A stretch of 64,000 bases of DNA, taken from the NCBI GenBank assembly GCA_904063045.1, contig CAJFCJ010000019.1, positions 2,543,179-2,607,178 of the forward strand, read 5' to 3'. The translations under genes and the position numbers were made by a program. Every line of letters begins with the position of its first letter. The stretch's first letter is position 1. Under the pieces are notes generated by a model that worked only from the letters and a program-made list of their open reading frames with translations, made no database searches and had not been told where the DNA came from. This document shows, piece by piece, positions 1 through 13,624 of this stretch. Source of the stretch: Dimorphilus gyrociliatus. Its lineage: Eukaryota > Animalia > Annelida.

Positions 1-200
1 AAAGGACATTAAGCACTATGTAGAAAAACAGACAATAATGATAATTTTCTCTCTTCCTCTTTATAAACACTTCTACGTGTTAAACAATAAACATTTGTCG
101 GTGATTTTCTCTCCTATTTTTTTTAAATAGGATATAAAGTTTATTCCCATTTTAATTCAATTTCTTGATTAGTTTTGGCGTTTGAGAATTGATTTTGTTT

Positions 201-203
201 CTT

Positions 204-238
<35 letters not shown>

Positions 239-252
239 TTCCCTTTCTCTCT
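201..252. repeat. (CT)n microsatellite
   Basis: Near-perfect CT dinucleotide run visible directly. Confidence 0.95.
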
Positions 253-1040
253 TTTTGATCTAAATTTGGAATTTTTTAATCTAAAAATTCCGATAATAAA
301 CATTTCCGATAGCAAATCTGATATTTTATTTTCAATAAAGAAGAAATTACTCTTTCTATTATAATAATAACAACAAACGAGAAAATTTTACATCGATCAT
401 AAATAATCCTATACTGGCATTTTATTTAATTATTCTCAAGAGTATTAAGATTAATTCTTGATAATGTATTAAATTAGAGTTAAGAATTATGAATATTCAT
501 TATTTTCAGTCAAATTGATTTAACACAATAATTTAGGTTAGTTTTAAAAGAAATATTTAAAGCTTAAAAATATTTTTTGTCCTATTGTTTGTGTTTAAGA
601 TTTTGTGTTTTTAGTTTTATTTTCCATAAGATTAGTTTGGATTATGAGAATTTTCTATACACGTATTTAATTGTGTTTTTAGTTAAAAATTCAATTATAT
701 GTGAAAAAATTTTATTATTAACTCAACTAGTTCGTTTAAAATCAAACAGTATTAAATAAAAGTATTAGAAAGTTTCATATAATTTATTGCATGACTATAA
801 AAGTTAGATACCAAATATTAATATATTAATTAACAGTTGACAAGTCTTAAAATATTCAAAAAACAAAAAGATGGAAAGTTTAGCCCTAATATCGCTCATC
901 TTATGCTTTAACTATAATGGCGTAATATGGACACCGTATTTCAGAGCGTTTAAACAAATGTGCTCTTTAGTGATACGTATTCGTGATATTTTTCGCATTT
1001 CCAGCCACCTAATTGAACTTTTTCAAATAATAACATTATT

Positions 1041-3424
1041 ATGAGTGATAAACACATAATATCGACAACTAAAGGTGAAAATAACCAAGTTAAATGTTCA
1101 GATTGCAGCGTTTATTACAAAAGAAAATCTTCATTGAAGTCTCATATGCGAATTGCCCATAATAAACAAGCGGATGATGCGCTATCAGTGGTTCATATTT
1201 TAGAGGAAGATATTGAACAAAAAGACGAGGAGGTTATTGAGCACATTCCCCATGCCGAAAGGCCTTTTATCTGCAAAATTTGTTCGAAAACTTTCAAAGA
1301 CTTAACAAACGCAAAAACTCATCAATTATCTCATTCTGATTATAGACCATTCGTCTGTGAAGAAAAAACTTGTAAAGCTGAATTTAAAACAAAAGGAGCC
1401 CTCGTTAGGCATTGGCGTCGACATACTGGAGCGAAACCCTACGTTTGCGACAAGTGCTCTATGACATTTCGTGAATCTGGTGCTTTGGCGCGCCATAGAC
1501 GATCAAAAACACCATGTTATAAAAAAATTCGAAAAGGAATTATTAATGAAGAATGTGTTGTAGTTATTAATGAATCTGACTTGAAAGGATCAAGCGAAAA
1601 AATTGTTGATTCTCCAACAGATGGCGTAACAATTTCCACGGAAGATTCTGACGTTACAGTAGTGACTTATGAGGTTATTATAATAGATTCAATGTCATTC
1701 CATTTATTTTCTAAAAGACCCCTGTCTCATTAATATTATAATAATATTCGTTAAACAGGTGGACAGCTTAAAAGAGGAAAATTCTAAAGTCGTTACAGGC
1801 GATTTACATAAAGATGATATAGATTCGGCCTTGAATCAAAACTGTAAAGTCTGCGGGGAAAATTTGTCTCAAATTGACGATCCATGTACTCATTTAAAAA
1901 CTCATTTACTTCGAATACCTTTCCAATGTCCAAATTGCTCCTATTCGGCTAAAGAAGAGGAGGATATTCGTAATCATTTACATCTTACTCATTCCATAGA
2001 TACTGGCGAATGTAAAAATATAGTGAGTGTTGCTACTAAACTAAGATTAAACGTATAAGTCAATCAAAACCCTTTAAAATGATTCTTTAAAGTCGTTGAA
2101 AAACATTCTATTTTGTTATAAACACTATTAGCTAATGTATTCCTCTTGTTCAAACAGGAAAATCTTCTAAAATCAAAGAGTTGTGGGATAGGAGTTGATT
2201 TACCAAATGATGAAAACTCCTCCGAATATGATTCGATTGTTTCGTAAGTAATTAATAGTAATTAATTTTTATCTTTCTATTCTGTACAAGTACAGAAATT
2301 GGTTGTTAAGTCACTCTGTTATTTAATATAAATCTATAGATGACGTATAGTCTATTTTTAGACTTATTAATAGTGGAGAGGGAAACTATTGTTTTTTTTC
2401 TTTTGTACAGCAACGCGTCCAAAAGTCTCATTCAACTCTTGGCCTATAAAACGTCCACGTGGGCTGGTTGCAAGATAGACGAGTATTCTAAATATTTGAA
2501 GAACTTTCTCTTGGGTTTAATGAACTGTCCTGTCTGTGACAAGCCTTTCAAACAAAATGCTTATTTAAAGGTTCATCTCAGAACGCATACAGGTTAAATT
2601 TATTTAATATTTATTTCCTTATGTGCTAACATTCTGGGCCCTGTCAAGCACAACAATAACGACCTCTTGATTACATTTCAATTAATAACAATTGATTTGT
2701 ATTAAACGCTATATCTGCACCAGCCTGTTCAATTTAGGTTATATTTGACTTTAACTTCGCTTTCCTTATCAACAGGTGAGAGACCAGTAGAGTGCAAGGA
2801 ATGCGGTAAGAGCTTTGCTTCAAAAGACACTTTAGCGAAACACGCCTATGTTCACAGTAAACATAGACGATTTCGGTGTGGTGTCTGCGGAAAACAGTTC
2901 AAACGTTATGCTCACGTTGTATCGCATCTTAAAACTCATACTGACGAGAAACTAATCTTTTGTAAGGTCTGCCGAAAATGTTTTCGGACGACGGTTAGTA
3001 ATTAAAGTTAATCAATACGCCATTATTGAATAAGTAATCAATTTATTAATATTGCTTACAATGACTTCTATAGAGTGCATTAAAAGTTCACCTGAGAACC
3101 CATACCGACTCATACGCCTACAATTGCCCATATGAAAATTGCTCTCATAAAAGTCGAGAAAAGGGTGCTATGCTTCGACATATAAGAACGCATACGAAGG
3201 AGAGACCGTATTCATGTTCAAAATGTGGAAAGACGTTTGCTGAACAAACATCTCTCTCAAGACATTTAAAATCTAAAGGTGCTTGTAGTCAAATTCAAAA
3301 ACTAATTATCGAATGTACGGAGATGGAAGCTGACGGACAGGAAATAATGGAAACTTGTGCTGAAGAGGAAATTAGTTACGTCTATATCCCAGTAAGTATA
3401 ATTAAGGAAACGATAAAAAATTAA
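1041..3424 (+). CDS. E4F1: C2H2 zinc-finger transcription factor, E4F1-like (6 exons)
   Basis: Phase-consistent exons 1041-1673, 1759-2022, 2158-2243, 2411-2592, 2776-2993, 3074-3424 with GT-AG introns. Multiple C2H2 fingers. FRESGALARHRRSKTPC and REKGAMLRHIRTHT..FAEQTSLSRHLKSKGAC match my recollection of E4F1 signatures (FRESGALTRHLKSLTPC; REKGSLVRH..FAEHGTLNRHLRTKGGC). Confidence 0.8.
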
Positions 3425-3621
3425 TGATATTAATTTTATGAAAATTGCAAAAATTGTATTCAATAATTAGGAGCATGCATTTTCTTTTCAGTGGTTTCTA
3501 AAACTGCTGCTAATGGTGTTTTTTTTTTGATTTAAGCACTATAAATGACTCAATTATACATGTATACTGCGAAACACAGTACACATATATAAATATATAT
3601 ATTTAGGCTAGTAACAAATGT

Positions 3622-4965
3622 TTAACATCCAATTAAAGCCAATAGTATTTTCTCATAGTTCGAAGAGGTATCTTCCTGCAAAAACGATAAATAAAACTTT
3701 TAAGCTAATTCAAACAGAATAAACAAATAGAACTCTATGACAAAACTAATAGCTAAATTATTTATGCCTGAAGGAATTAATAATGACTTAAATAAACTAT
3801 ATACCTGAATCCATTTTGCTAATGTTTTCTTGCTTTTATTTTCAGGAAGTCCTAGAAATTCCTTCTTAATTTCTTCCATGTCAACTTCGCATCTCGACAC
3901 AATGATTCTAATCAGGGTATCATCATCAGTTCCCAATCCTTTCATAGACTTAAGAAGAGCTTTGGCGAACTGAGCTTCCTTATTCTTAACGAAACGGGCT
4001 AGCGTTAGCATTGCCTTCTTGACATCGCCGCCCATTTCACCATCAATGGCTTTCTCAATATCAGATCCAGTTTGCACTTGATATTCGTAGAAAACTCTTT
4101 TCAAGTGAGAGAAGCTCCTGCATATGTTCACATTCGTTAAGAATAATTTTGTATACTGATAAGCAGTTTTTTTTCCTAACTAATAAATTGTATAGTTAAC
4201 AATAAAAGCGTATATGCAAATATACAATGTTTGTAATCCTAGTGCGTTTACCTGCTGCATAAAATTCTATTAAAAGTTGATTCATCTGTTCCCCATCTTT
4301 TCTCACCGGCAGCGTATAGGTCTTGGGCATCTTTCTTGGCCAAATTTATATCAACCTCTCTGAAATTATCTGGTCTTCCGGCTTGTAGAAGAGCAACCAG
4401 AAAACGACGAAAATCCCCGGAAGTATCTCCAACTACATCGTCCTCTAGCGTACGTTTATACAACTCCATATACCTTTGTTTTATCGCCTCCATTTCCGAT
4501 GGATTTCTCGTACAAATAATACTTATCAAAAGATCTTCGTCGGTTCCCAAGCCCTTAATCGCTCGATTGAGTTGTTCAGCATCATAAGTGAATCTATCTC
4601 TGCATAATGCCAAGACAACAGTCTCTAAGTTGCCGCTTAGCTCACTCTTCAGTCTACTTTCCAGGTCATCACCATACATAGTCTTGAACTGCTTTCTAAT
4701 ATCAGCTCTCTGGTCGAAACTTCTCCTACCAAATACATCAACAATAACCTTATCGTTGCATCCCAACCCTTTCATAGCCTTGTACAATTTAGTACAGTCG
4801 GCTTCCGGGTTGAAATTTGGATCTGGACGAAGAGAGGGAGTACCGTGCTAAAAAAAAAAAACAAAAAATATAGATTAACAACAAGATTCCTTATCTAATA
4901 GATTAATCGAAATTATAAGTATATTTTAAAGTATATCTTACGATATAATCAAAATACTGTGCCAT
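3622..4965 (-). CDS. Annexin with four annexin repeats and a short N-terminus (4 coding exons)
   Basis: Exons 4965-4942 (MAQYFDYI), 4847-4252, 4117-3805, 3675-3622. Repeat motifs KGLGCND, KGLGTDE, RWGTDE, KGLGTDD. C-terminus DTSSNYEKILLALIGC*. Confidence 0.95.
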
Positions 4966-7239
4966 CGTTCTTCTTCTGTGTTTTACAACTGATAATGGTC
5001 TACTGACACTCCCAAAGAATCGTCAGCAATGTATGAGTAAACGAAATTATCAGATAGGCTGAAAACTCCTCTTACATAAATATATCATTCCTCGATTAAA
5101 GTTTAGTCTTTCCGTAAGATGGCACTTGTATCGCAAATTCTTGTTTTTTATTTTCAAGAAGCTAAGAATTAAATAGAGCAATAGAATCTATAATCGATTA
5201 TATTAGTTTAAGATGTTAATCCGTGGATTAGAGTCATATACCTAAGATTGTATTATTTAGGACTAAAAACGACGAATTGAGAGAAAGAAGGGGGATTTGC
5301 ATAGTTAAACCAATCCCCATAAAGAGATCCATTTTCGTTATTGTCTTTTATCAAAGATTTGGCTTCGTAAAAGACCATTCTTACCTACTTCTTTATAAAA
5401 GCACTTAATAAGCTTTGTTTTTTCTCTAAACGTGATAAAACTTGCATCGAGAAAGGTGTAAATACATATAAAGCCAACTCTGTTGAAAACGTCAAAAGAA
5501 TTTCTTGAAAGTAGCGATACCAGTCCTTTTGTATTATAATCGCAAAGAGATACTAGTATTATTGTTTCTATATGGAATTACTTATAAGAAATACATAGGA
5601 AAAATTCTTTATTAGTAAAAGGGGTAGTGGTCTATACTGATTACTTTCGATTTCTTCAATGATTGATTAGTATCGAAACGCCCGCTTGTTTATTGACGTT
5701 GCCGAGTCCTTAAAAAAAAAAACAACCGTAATACCCTTCAAGCAACCTTTTACTGTTATGCTATTTTAATTATCTGTCATTTTTTTCCCCTACCCGCATA
5801 TTTTTGTTCTCTCTCTTGTCAAAGGTTTTTCTATAATCTAAGCGTCTGCTGCTGTTGCCTTGAAATTGATCCGTTATTTGCGGTAGCAACGTTGTTAAGT
5901 ATATCCAGATAGCTGAATTTATTTTCAAGCAACTGAACACTAAATATTGATTACAAACCGTTTATTTAGGCCTATTCACTTCAAGACCGCAATCAATCGG
6001 TTCTGGCAATGTTCGATTAGAATTATATTGATCTACCCCCAACTCTGTACAAATACAGCAGAATCAGCACTAGATATGCCGCTTATAATATTTTTACGAG
6101 GTGTAAAACGCTTGTGCCATTATAAAATGCTATTATTTATTAGTTCCTCTTTCCCTTAAATATCGAATAAGATATATTCATTTGGAAATGAAGCCTTTAA
6201 TCATATCAACAATAATCGAAGAGAATATTATTTTTCAAGGATTGTTAGGTGAAAACTAGAGCGAAATAGGACCTTTATGGCACAAATAACATTATATATA
6301 ACACTTGTATAATTCAAAGTTATGGAAAGATATTTCAAATTTTCCTTTCCATTCCCCCATAGCTCCGCACGCTCTATAAATTGCCAATCAAACACCGGCA
6401 AGTGTCAGTTCGCTTATCTTTATCAGAGATTTCTTTGGCGCTTATCGATCGTAAAAACGCAGACATGTTTGGGCTTATGAATATCTGAATGTCTAGAATA
6501 TTACACAACAAATATTTTATATTGGCAGTCACTTTATGTTTATAATAACTGTAGGTGTGTATGTTAACTCATGTATGTGCGTACAATGTATATAATGTAT
6601 ATATATATACATTGATATACATGAATAGTTATGTAATAGCATACAGGCACACACAAGTATGACACAATGTACAAAAGAATGAGGAGTCGTGACACTGCAT
6701 AAACTGCAAAATGTATCAATTGTAAACTGCATATATTCATATTTGTAAGATGCTAATACATATATGTAAAGTATTTAATAAGTACATTGTATATAATCTA
6801 TACACACTCATTTTGAACTATCTAATAAAAAGCACTCAAAATCTTAGCGTGAATAACTTCTGTACAATTCCATCACAGCAATCGCTTGGGCCGGATTTTT
6901 ATAAAAGATATGTACATGTAAATTATGCATATATATATATATATATATGCCCCATTTGAATTTTCTATATAAAACTATAAATTGATCACAGACTTCCTAT
7001 ATACAATTTTTCTTCATTCAGAGGACGGATTCGATAAGGACGGTAATAGTTTGCTTGAAAATAATAATGAATAATTATGAAAAAAAAGAACAATAATAAA
7101 AAAGAGTGAATAGAATAACAAAGGATAATATAAGAATAAAACAAATGGATAAGACGTAAAAATACATGCATATTGGTTATATACGTGTATGTTTTACGAA
7201 TAATTAATACTCATACGGCGTTAATAATGTAAGAAAGAG

Positions 7240-8532
7240 TTAATTAATGGCCGAAGGAGAATGTAAACTGCTGAAATCCAATAGATTTCCAACATTCAAG
7301 TTATCCAGAGCACGATCTAGTTCATCCCTATTGGATTCTTCCCATGGGTGACCAGCTTCGCTTATTGGGGACGGAGCTATAGGTGTTGATAACCCAGATT
7401 TGCCGGAAGCCTCATTTTGAGACTCCTCCATTGAATATTTCTCCCACCACTCTGGTGGTTTTATGCCAACTCCTGATACAGTCAAATCCAAAGCCCCACC
7501 GCTGCAGAGATCAAGGGGACTGTCTTGATCGTCGGTACACAGATCTGCATCTCTTAGCAATTCCTCCAGTTCGTCTGGAGTGTCCTGATGATTTCTATTG
7601 GTGCCGTCTATAATCTGCTCAGTTTTCATTTTCATACCCCCGACATCTATGTCTTGTTCGAGGAGAGCATTCCAAGAAATATCTTCGGCTGCCAAGGTCG
7701 AATCGCTAGACGAATCGACGATGGCATCGGGACGGAGTTCTGGCTCTTGTTTCACAACAACAACCTTTGGTTCGTTACTATTGGCTGCTTCTAATGCTGC
7801 TACAGCCCTCTCAGTTTCGGAAACTTCTTTTTTAATTCGCTTAGGTGTAGGTGTTGTTGGAGCAACAAAGTTTCCAGCATGCCTTCGCTTCTTGAACACT
7901 CCATTTACAAACATATCTGAGTATTCTGGATTTAATTTCCAAAAACCTCCCTTACCGGGTTCATCCTTTCTCCTGGCCACTTTTTGAAAACACTTATTTA
8001 AAGACAAGTTATGACGTATTGAATTTTGCCAACTGGGATCGGCCACTCGGTAATACATATAATTTTCCGTTATCCAAGAATATATACCAGATAACGTAAT
8101 TTTATTCTTCTTACTGGCTTTCATCGCCATACAAATTAAAGTGGCATAGCTATATGGAGGCTTTACGTACGGATTCGTCTTATAATCGATGTTCTCTAAT
8201 GAGTTGGGGGCGGAAGTTTGTCTGAGAAGCCCTACGTGATGAGGGTTGAATAACGACGCATTCATGGGTAGGACGCTATTCGGATCGACGTTCTGCGTAT
8301 GAGGATCCAGCGATCCAACAGGGCTGCTGGGAGCTGATTGAACTTTTTGCGGATTAACAGCCGATGATGGTGACGTTATCGACATAATATTGAGATTTTG
8401 CAGCCAAGTTAAAGAAGTTAAACTATCATCAAGTTGTTCGACTCCATTTGGTGGTGATGAATTCTCCCTAGCCAACCAATTCTGCCTGAGACGGAGTGCC
8501 AAATTCTCCCGTTGACTTGACACGATCGGCAT
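7240..8532 (-). CDS. FOXJ1: Forkhead box J1, single coding exon, about 430 aa
   Basis: Forkhead domain KPPYSYATLICMAM..WQNSIRHNLSLNKCF..DEPGKGGFW plus the FoxJ1 N-terminal motif LDDSLTSLTWLQN. First in-frame ATG is 8532; the ORF-track start at 8631 is a TTG. Confidence 0.95.
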   Translation of the reverse strand: MPIVSSQRENLALRLRQNWLARENSSPPNGVEQLDDSLTSLTWLQNLNIMSITSPSSAVNPQKVQSAPSSPVGSLDPHTQNVDPNSVLPMNASLFNPHHVGLLRQTSAPNSLENIDYKTNPYVKPPYSYATLICMAMKASKKNKITLSGIYSWITENYMYYRVADPSWQNSIRHNLSLNKCFQKVARRKDEPGKGGFWKLNPEYSDMFVNGVFKKRRHAGNFVAPTTPTPKRIKKEVSETERAVAALEAANSNEPKVVVVKQEPELRPDAIVDSSSDSTLAAEDISWNALLEQDIDVGGMKMKTEQIIDGTNRNHQDTPDELEELLRDADLCTDDQDSPLDLCSGGALDLTVSGVGIKPPEWWEKYSMEESQNEASGKSGLSTPIAPSPISEAGHPWEESNRDELDRALDNLNVGNLLDFSSLHSPSAIN

Positions 8533-9904
8533 TTTTGTCGTAGCGGATCTGCTCGAATCGTTTCGGATTAATTGGTGGCACGTGTTTGAATCAAATTCTC
8601 TCTCTCCCGAACTACCGCGCTTGGCGCACAAACTTGCTCAATCATGTCGCCAACCGCAGCTAATCGTTAAGCCTATCCTTATCTATTTAGCTCCGCGTTA
8701 CAAAGGCCTATTACAGTCTATTATAATCGCCGTTATATATACCGGTATATTTGTATATATATCTATATATTTAAAAACAAATATCATAATAATAAAGTAA
8801 AATATATGATTATGCAAAATTATCCTCTAACCGAAATCCTACTATTATAAATGAAAATCCCTGTCTCTTCAATACTAGTAAAAGTTTAACTAAAGGTCTA
8901 CTTTAAACGACATAATATACAAAAAAAGGAAAAGGAAAATGAAAAAGGTAACACCTACCCGATTGATTAAATAACCAACTAATTAAATTCGGGTAATCCT
9001 ATAACATATACGTGTGCAAACACGCTTGATTAGTTTGTTTACTAGTTTGAAATCCGACTGTCCATCAGCCTTTTTGATAAACGCCGCTCTTCCGACTGGC
9101 CAGAAAACTCCAGTGTTCAATCGTTTTTATAGAGTTTTTCTAGGCAACAAACGTAAACTCTACTAAACAATTAGTTTGTTAGGCCTATAAGGGATTTTGC
9201 TTAGTTACCAATAAACAGTAATGTAACTAACGAATATATTGAGGCCTATTCACCTATTGGTTGGATGGTGATCCTCCAAGAACGTTATGCTTTCCACCAT
9301 TGTCTTTGTTTTACATTTTGTATTCGTAATTTGCATTTATATTTGACTATTTGAAACTATTCGTTTACGTCAGTCGACCGAACAATTTTTTACAAATCAT
9401 TGCGCCATCTATTGGCTACGATGATGGTCACCCAAACAAACATCACAACTGTAATTTGCAGTTCACTGTCGATACTCCCGCAAAAAGTTCGTATTTCAAA
9501 ATTTTTTATATCATTAAGAATAGAAAACAAATTGCACTACATTGTCAGTCGTTTTTAACGGACAAGTCTGTACATTGAACTGTACACACGCACACAAACA
9601 GTTTATGACAATACAAAAAGAAACAATACCCATCGCGTGTTCTCCGCAAATTGTTAAAAAATTTTTATAAAAACATAACAAAATTGGTAGATGAAATAAA
9701 AAAAAAACAGAAAGGAAAAATTTAATGGAAACGGTAGGACGCTCGTTAGGATTATAGAACATAAATTTCTTCTGTTTTTTACTATTGGACGCTCTTCTCA
9801 TATTGCTTCCTGAGTAAGTTGTTTTTCAGAAGATACGCATTACTTTAATTTCTTTCAGGTTGAGCGTCATGCGTTGTGAGATCGAATCTAACTGAGGCGT
9901 CGAC

Positions 9905-10541
<637 letters not shown>

Positions 10542-10999
10542 TTAGACAAGAAATTTACTAGAAATAGCTCTTTGTGTACGTTTCGCTCCGGCAAATGAAC
10601 CGCGTGATTGACGTGGCCTACTTTACACGAATGATTGTCTATTGGTGTAGTTCACAGGAAGTGGGTGTGGTTTATAAGGTCAAAACATTGGAGCATTGAA
10701 ATACTCCGCCATCCCCCCCGATTTCGGGAAAAATTTAATTGCGTATTTAACTTTTTTCACTAGAAAAAGACTCCAACTTTTCAGATTCCGGTTAATAGCA
10801 GATTTTAAATTTCCCTACATGTAAAAATAATAATTTAATACCTTAAATTGTTCCTTTCACTTCCTATAGTTTGTAAACAAACGTGACGTCATATTTTACT
10901 GTAATACTGCGGGACTATTATCCGCCATCTTTGGTATTTTTTATTGATTTAATTTAACAATGCAAGTTTCGATTCTGAGGTCCTATTGATATATCTATA
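10542..10999. promoter_or_regulatory. Bidirectional promoter between UBALD and MGRN1/RNF157
   Basis: 458 bp between divergent start codons. Full CRE palindrome TGACGTCA at 10884-10891 and an ETS-like CAGGAAGT near 10655. Confidence 0.6.
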
Positions 11000-13403
11000 A
11001 TGGGCAACTTTCTAAGCCGCCGAAATTCGGGAGTACAGGAATTGGAATATTCCTCTCAAAATGCCTATCGATATCCACCACGATCTGGTTGTTATTTTGG
11101 TAGTCACTTTATTATGGGTGGTCAACGTTTTGAAACAGCACAACCAGAGGCTTACTTATTTGGTGACAATCATGATCTAAACTGGCTTCACTCTAGACCA
11201 TATCCCGTGCGTATATTAACGTATCCAACTTTCATAACTTCCAACGTTTTAATTATTTATTAGTTCCCTTACCCCGGCCCATGTACAAACGAAGCAACAA
11301 AAACTTTGAAAAGCCTGGTAAACATCCGTAAGGACACTTTACGACTAGTGAAGTAATTTCTTTGAGACCTTGACTAAATACCTTTTTTCTTACAAATTGT
11401 CTTATCACTTAAGGACTTCAGAAAATACACAGGCAGTTCTTCCTGGCGAGGAAACGCAACCAAATAGTGGCTACAACCTAGAATTCACCTTTGATTCAGA
11501 TGTTCGCGTTGCTATAACTATTTATTACTTTGCTACCGAAGAAATCAGTAATGGACAGGCTATGTAAGATCTTTAAAAATTAGAGTGTACCCACGAATTA
11601 TTGCAATTAAAAATTTTTAACAGCTATCAACCACGTGATCCCTCCACGACTTCAGAAACATTTCATTACAAACGTGGTACAAATCAACAATTTAGCCAGT
11701 CAACACATATATTCGATCCTAGCAAATATCCAGAGGAGGACGTGAGTGATAGAGTCAAAAAGAATGTTATACTTAAAAAAGATATATAATTTTAATTAAA
11801 ACAGTGGCAGTATAATCCTGATAAAGAGGTTTTCCCAATTGTTATTCAGTGCAATGTAGAGGATGATCGTAAGTGTCGTTAAAAAATTACAATTTTTCCT
11901 GGGCCTTTTATAATTTAAGTATTGTTCATAGAGGAGAGCGTCGGCCACAGTCACATTACCTTTGCAATAGCAGAAACAAATGGCGACGATTACGTTATAA
12001 AAGCTTTGAAACAGAAACAAGTTGTCGATGGTTTATGTTTCTTGTTACAGGAGATATTTGGTATAGAGAATAAAAATTCACCAGATTTAAAAGTATTTTA
12101 AATTCTTTAGAATGTTTTCATTTGAAAACAATTCTCTTTCTAAAATTAGGCTGATTCTGAAGAAATAGAGGACACTGGCTCGGAATGTGTTATATGCATG
12201 TCTGATATAAGAGATACATTGATTTTACCTTGTCGACATCTTTGTCTCTGTAATACTTGTGCAGATTCTCTACGATATCAATCAAGTACTTGTCCCATTT
12301 GTCGTGTACCATTCAGAGCTCTACTGCAAATCAGAGCAATGAGAAAGAAAACTAATCAGCTACCATCGTCTAACCCAGTAATTAGATTTTCATTTCATTT
12401 GAGTATGATTTCAACTTCTATAGTCTTCATAGGGTGAGAATGATGTCGAAAATACTTCCCAGGAGAATATTCCTCAAGGTTATGAAGCAACATCATTGAT
12501 GGAAGCCCTTAATGGACCATCGGGAAATTCAAGAAACCAACAAAATACTCAGCTCATGCCGCCAGATGGTAAGTGAAATCAATTTTTCTCGTCCTAGCTA
12601 ATTAACAAATATCTAGGACAAAATCCCAACTTGGATAGACTTTTGGGTAAGTAAGTTAGAATGTTGTACGATTGAAAATGTCGTGTACTATTTTTACATA
12701 TCTTTATTATCAAGAATTTGAATTTTAAAGCACAATTTTTCTTTATTATTATCATCATTTCAAAAATAATCTATTCTTTTTGCATTTCTTTTCTAGGAAT
12801 AGGTAGTGCGGAGAATGGAGAAGTGCCAGAACAACGGTATTTAATTTAGTTAAATTTCTTATTGTCTCTCTAACACTTATAATTGAAACAGTACCTCTAA
12901 AAGACGTTCATCAACTAAAAGTAATCGTTCTATAAGATCAAATCAAGGGGTAGAGGCTGAGTCATCTAGCCAACACCCAACAGATATTAAAGAAGGGGAA
13001 AAAAGACAGTCTTTCAAAGGCAAACGATCTTCGACAAGCAGGTAAACAGTCTTTGATATAAATAAGTTACTTAAGTTTATCTAACGATTTGGTAAACAGA
13101 CGACGCGAAAGGCAGTCAGAAACGAATGAAGAAAATGAAATAAATGTTGAATTTAAGGGAGTTTCTGTCGAGAGTTTGTATAATTATAACATCAATTTCA
13201 TTGGTAATAATAATATGATATATTTGACAGATAACCCGACTCCTTCATCAGCTAGTCTACAAGCCCATGTTACAGTTATGTCTGACGGGGTTGAATTAGA
13301 TAAAGTTGTTGTAAGAGATCAAGAAGAGCTACCGGGAACACCCTGTCCTTCAGAAAAAATAATTTCCTGCACAAATGATGCAAATAATCAGAAACAAACA
13401 TAG
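11000..13403 (+). CDS. MGRN1: RING E3 ubiquitin ligase of the Mahogunin/RNF157 family (about 12 exons)
   Basis: MGNFLSRR (myristoylation-type start), YRYPPRSGCYFGSHFIMGG, EAYLFGDNHDLNWL, C3HC4 RING ECVICMSDIRDTLILPCRHLCLCNTCADSLRYQSSTCPICR. Exons include 11000-11206, 11264-11352, 11414-11563, 11624-11741, 11805-11868, 11932-12092, 12150-12377, 12433-12568; 3' exon boundaries are less certain. Confidence 0.92.
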
Positions 13404-13624
13404 GAAATATCCCAAAATTACTTGATTTAAAGATCTTCGTGTAAATGTCTCTGAAAATGAATATGTTAATTTTTTTAAATTTCTAGTCGAGTGTAACATT
13501 TAGAATTTATGAATATGAATGCACTAATGAATAAATATTAGATATATAAAATAAATATCTTGTAAGGTTTTATTGATAATATTCAAATTCCGAAATGATC
13601 ATTATATTCCGGTCACAGTCTTCT

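Noticed and set aside
8533-8631. ORF-track N-terminal extensions of FoxJ1 (TTG at 8631) and JMY/WHAMM (TTG at 45252)
   Set aside because: Non-ATG starts; family homology begins at the downstream ATGs.
9134-9148. Possible RFX X-box (GTTGCCTAGAAAAAC) upstream of FoxJ1
   Set aside because: Only one half-site fits the consensus.
9814-9858. Plus-strand GTAAGT..TTTCAG 45-nt intron-like segment
   Set aside because: No ORF on either side, shorter than other introns here, and it lies antisense to the UBALD 3' UTR.
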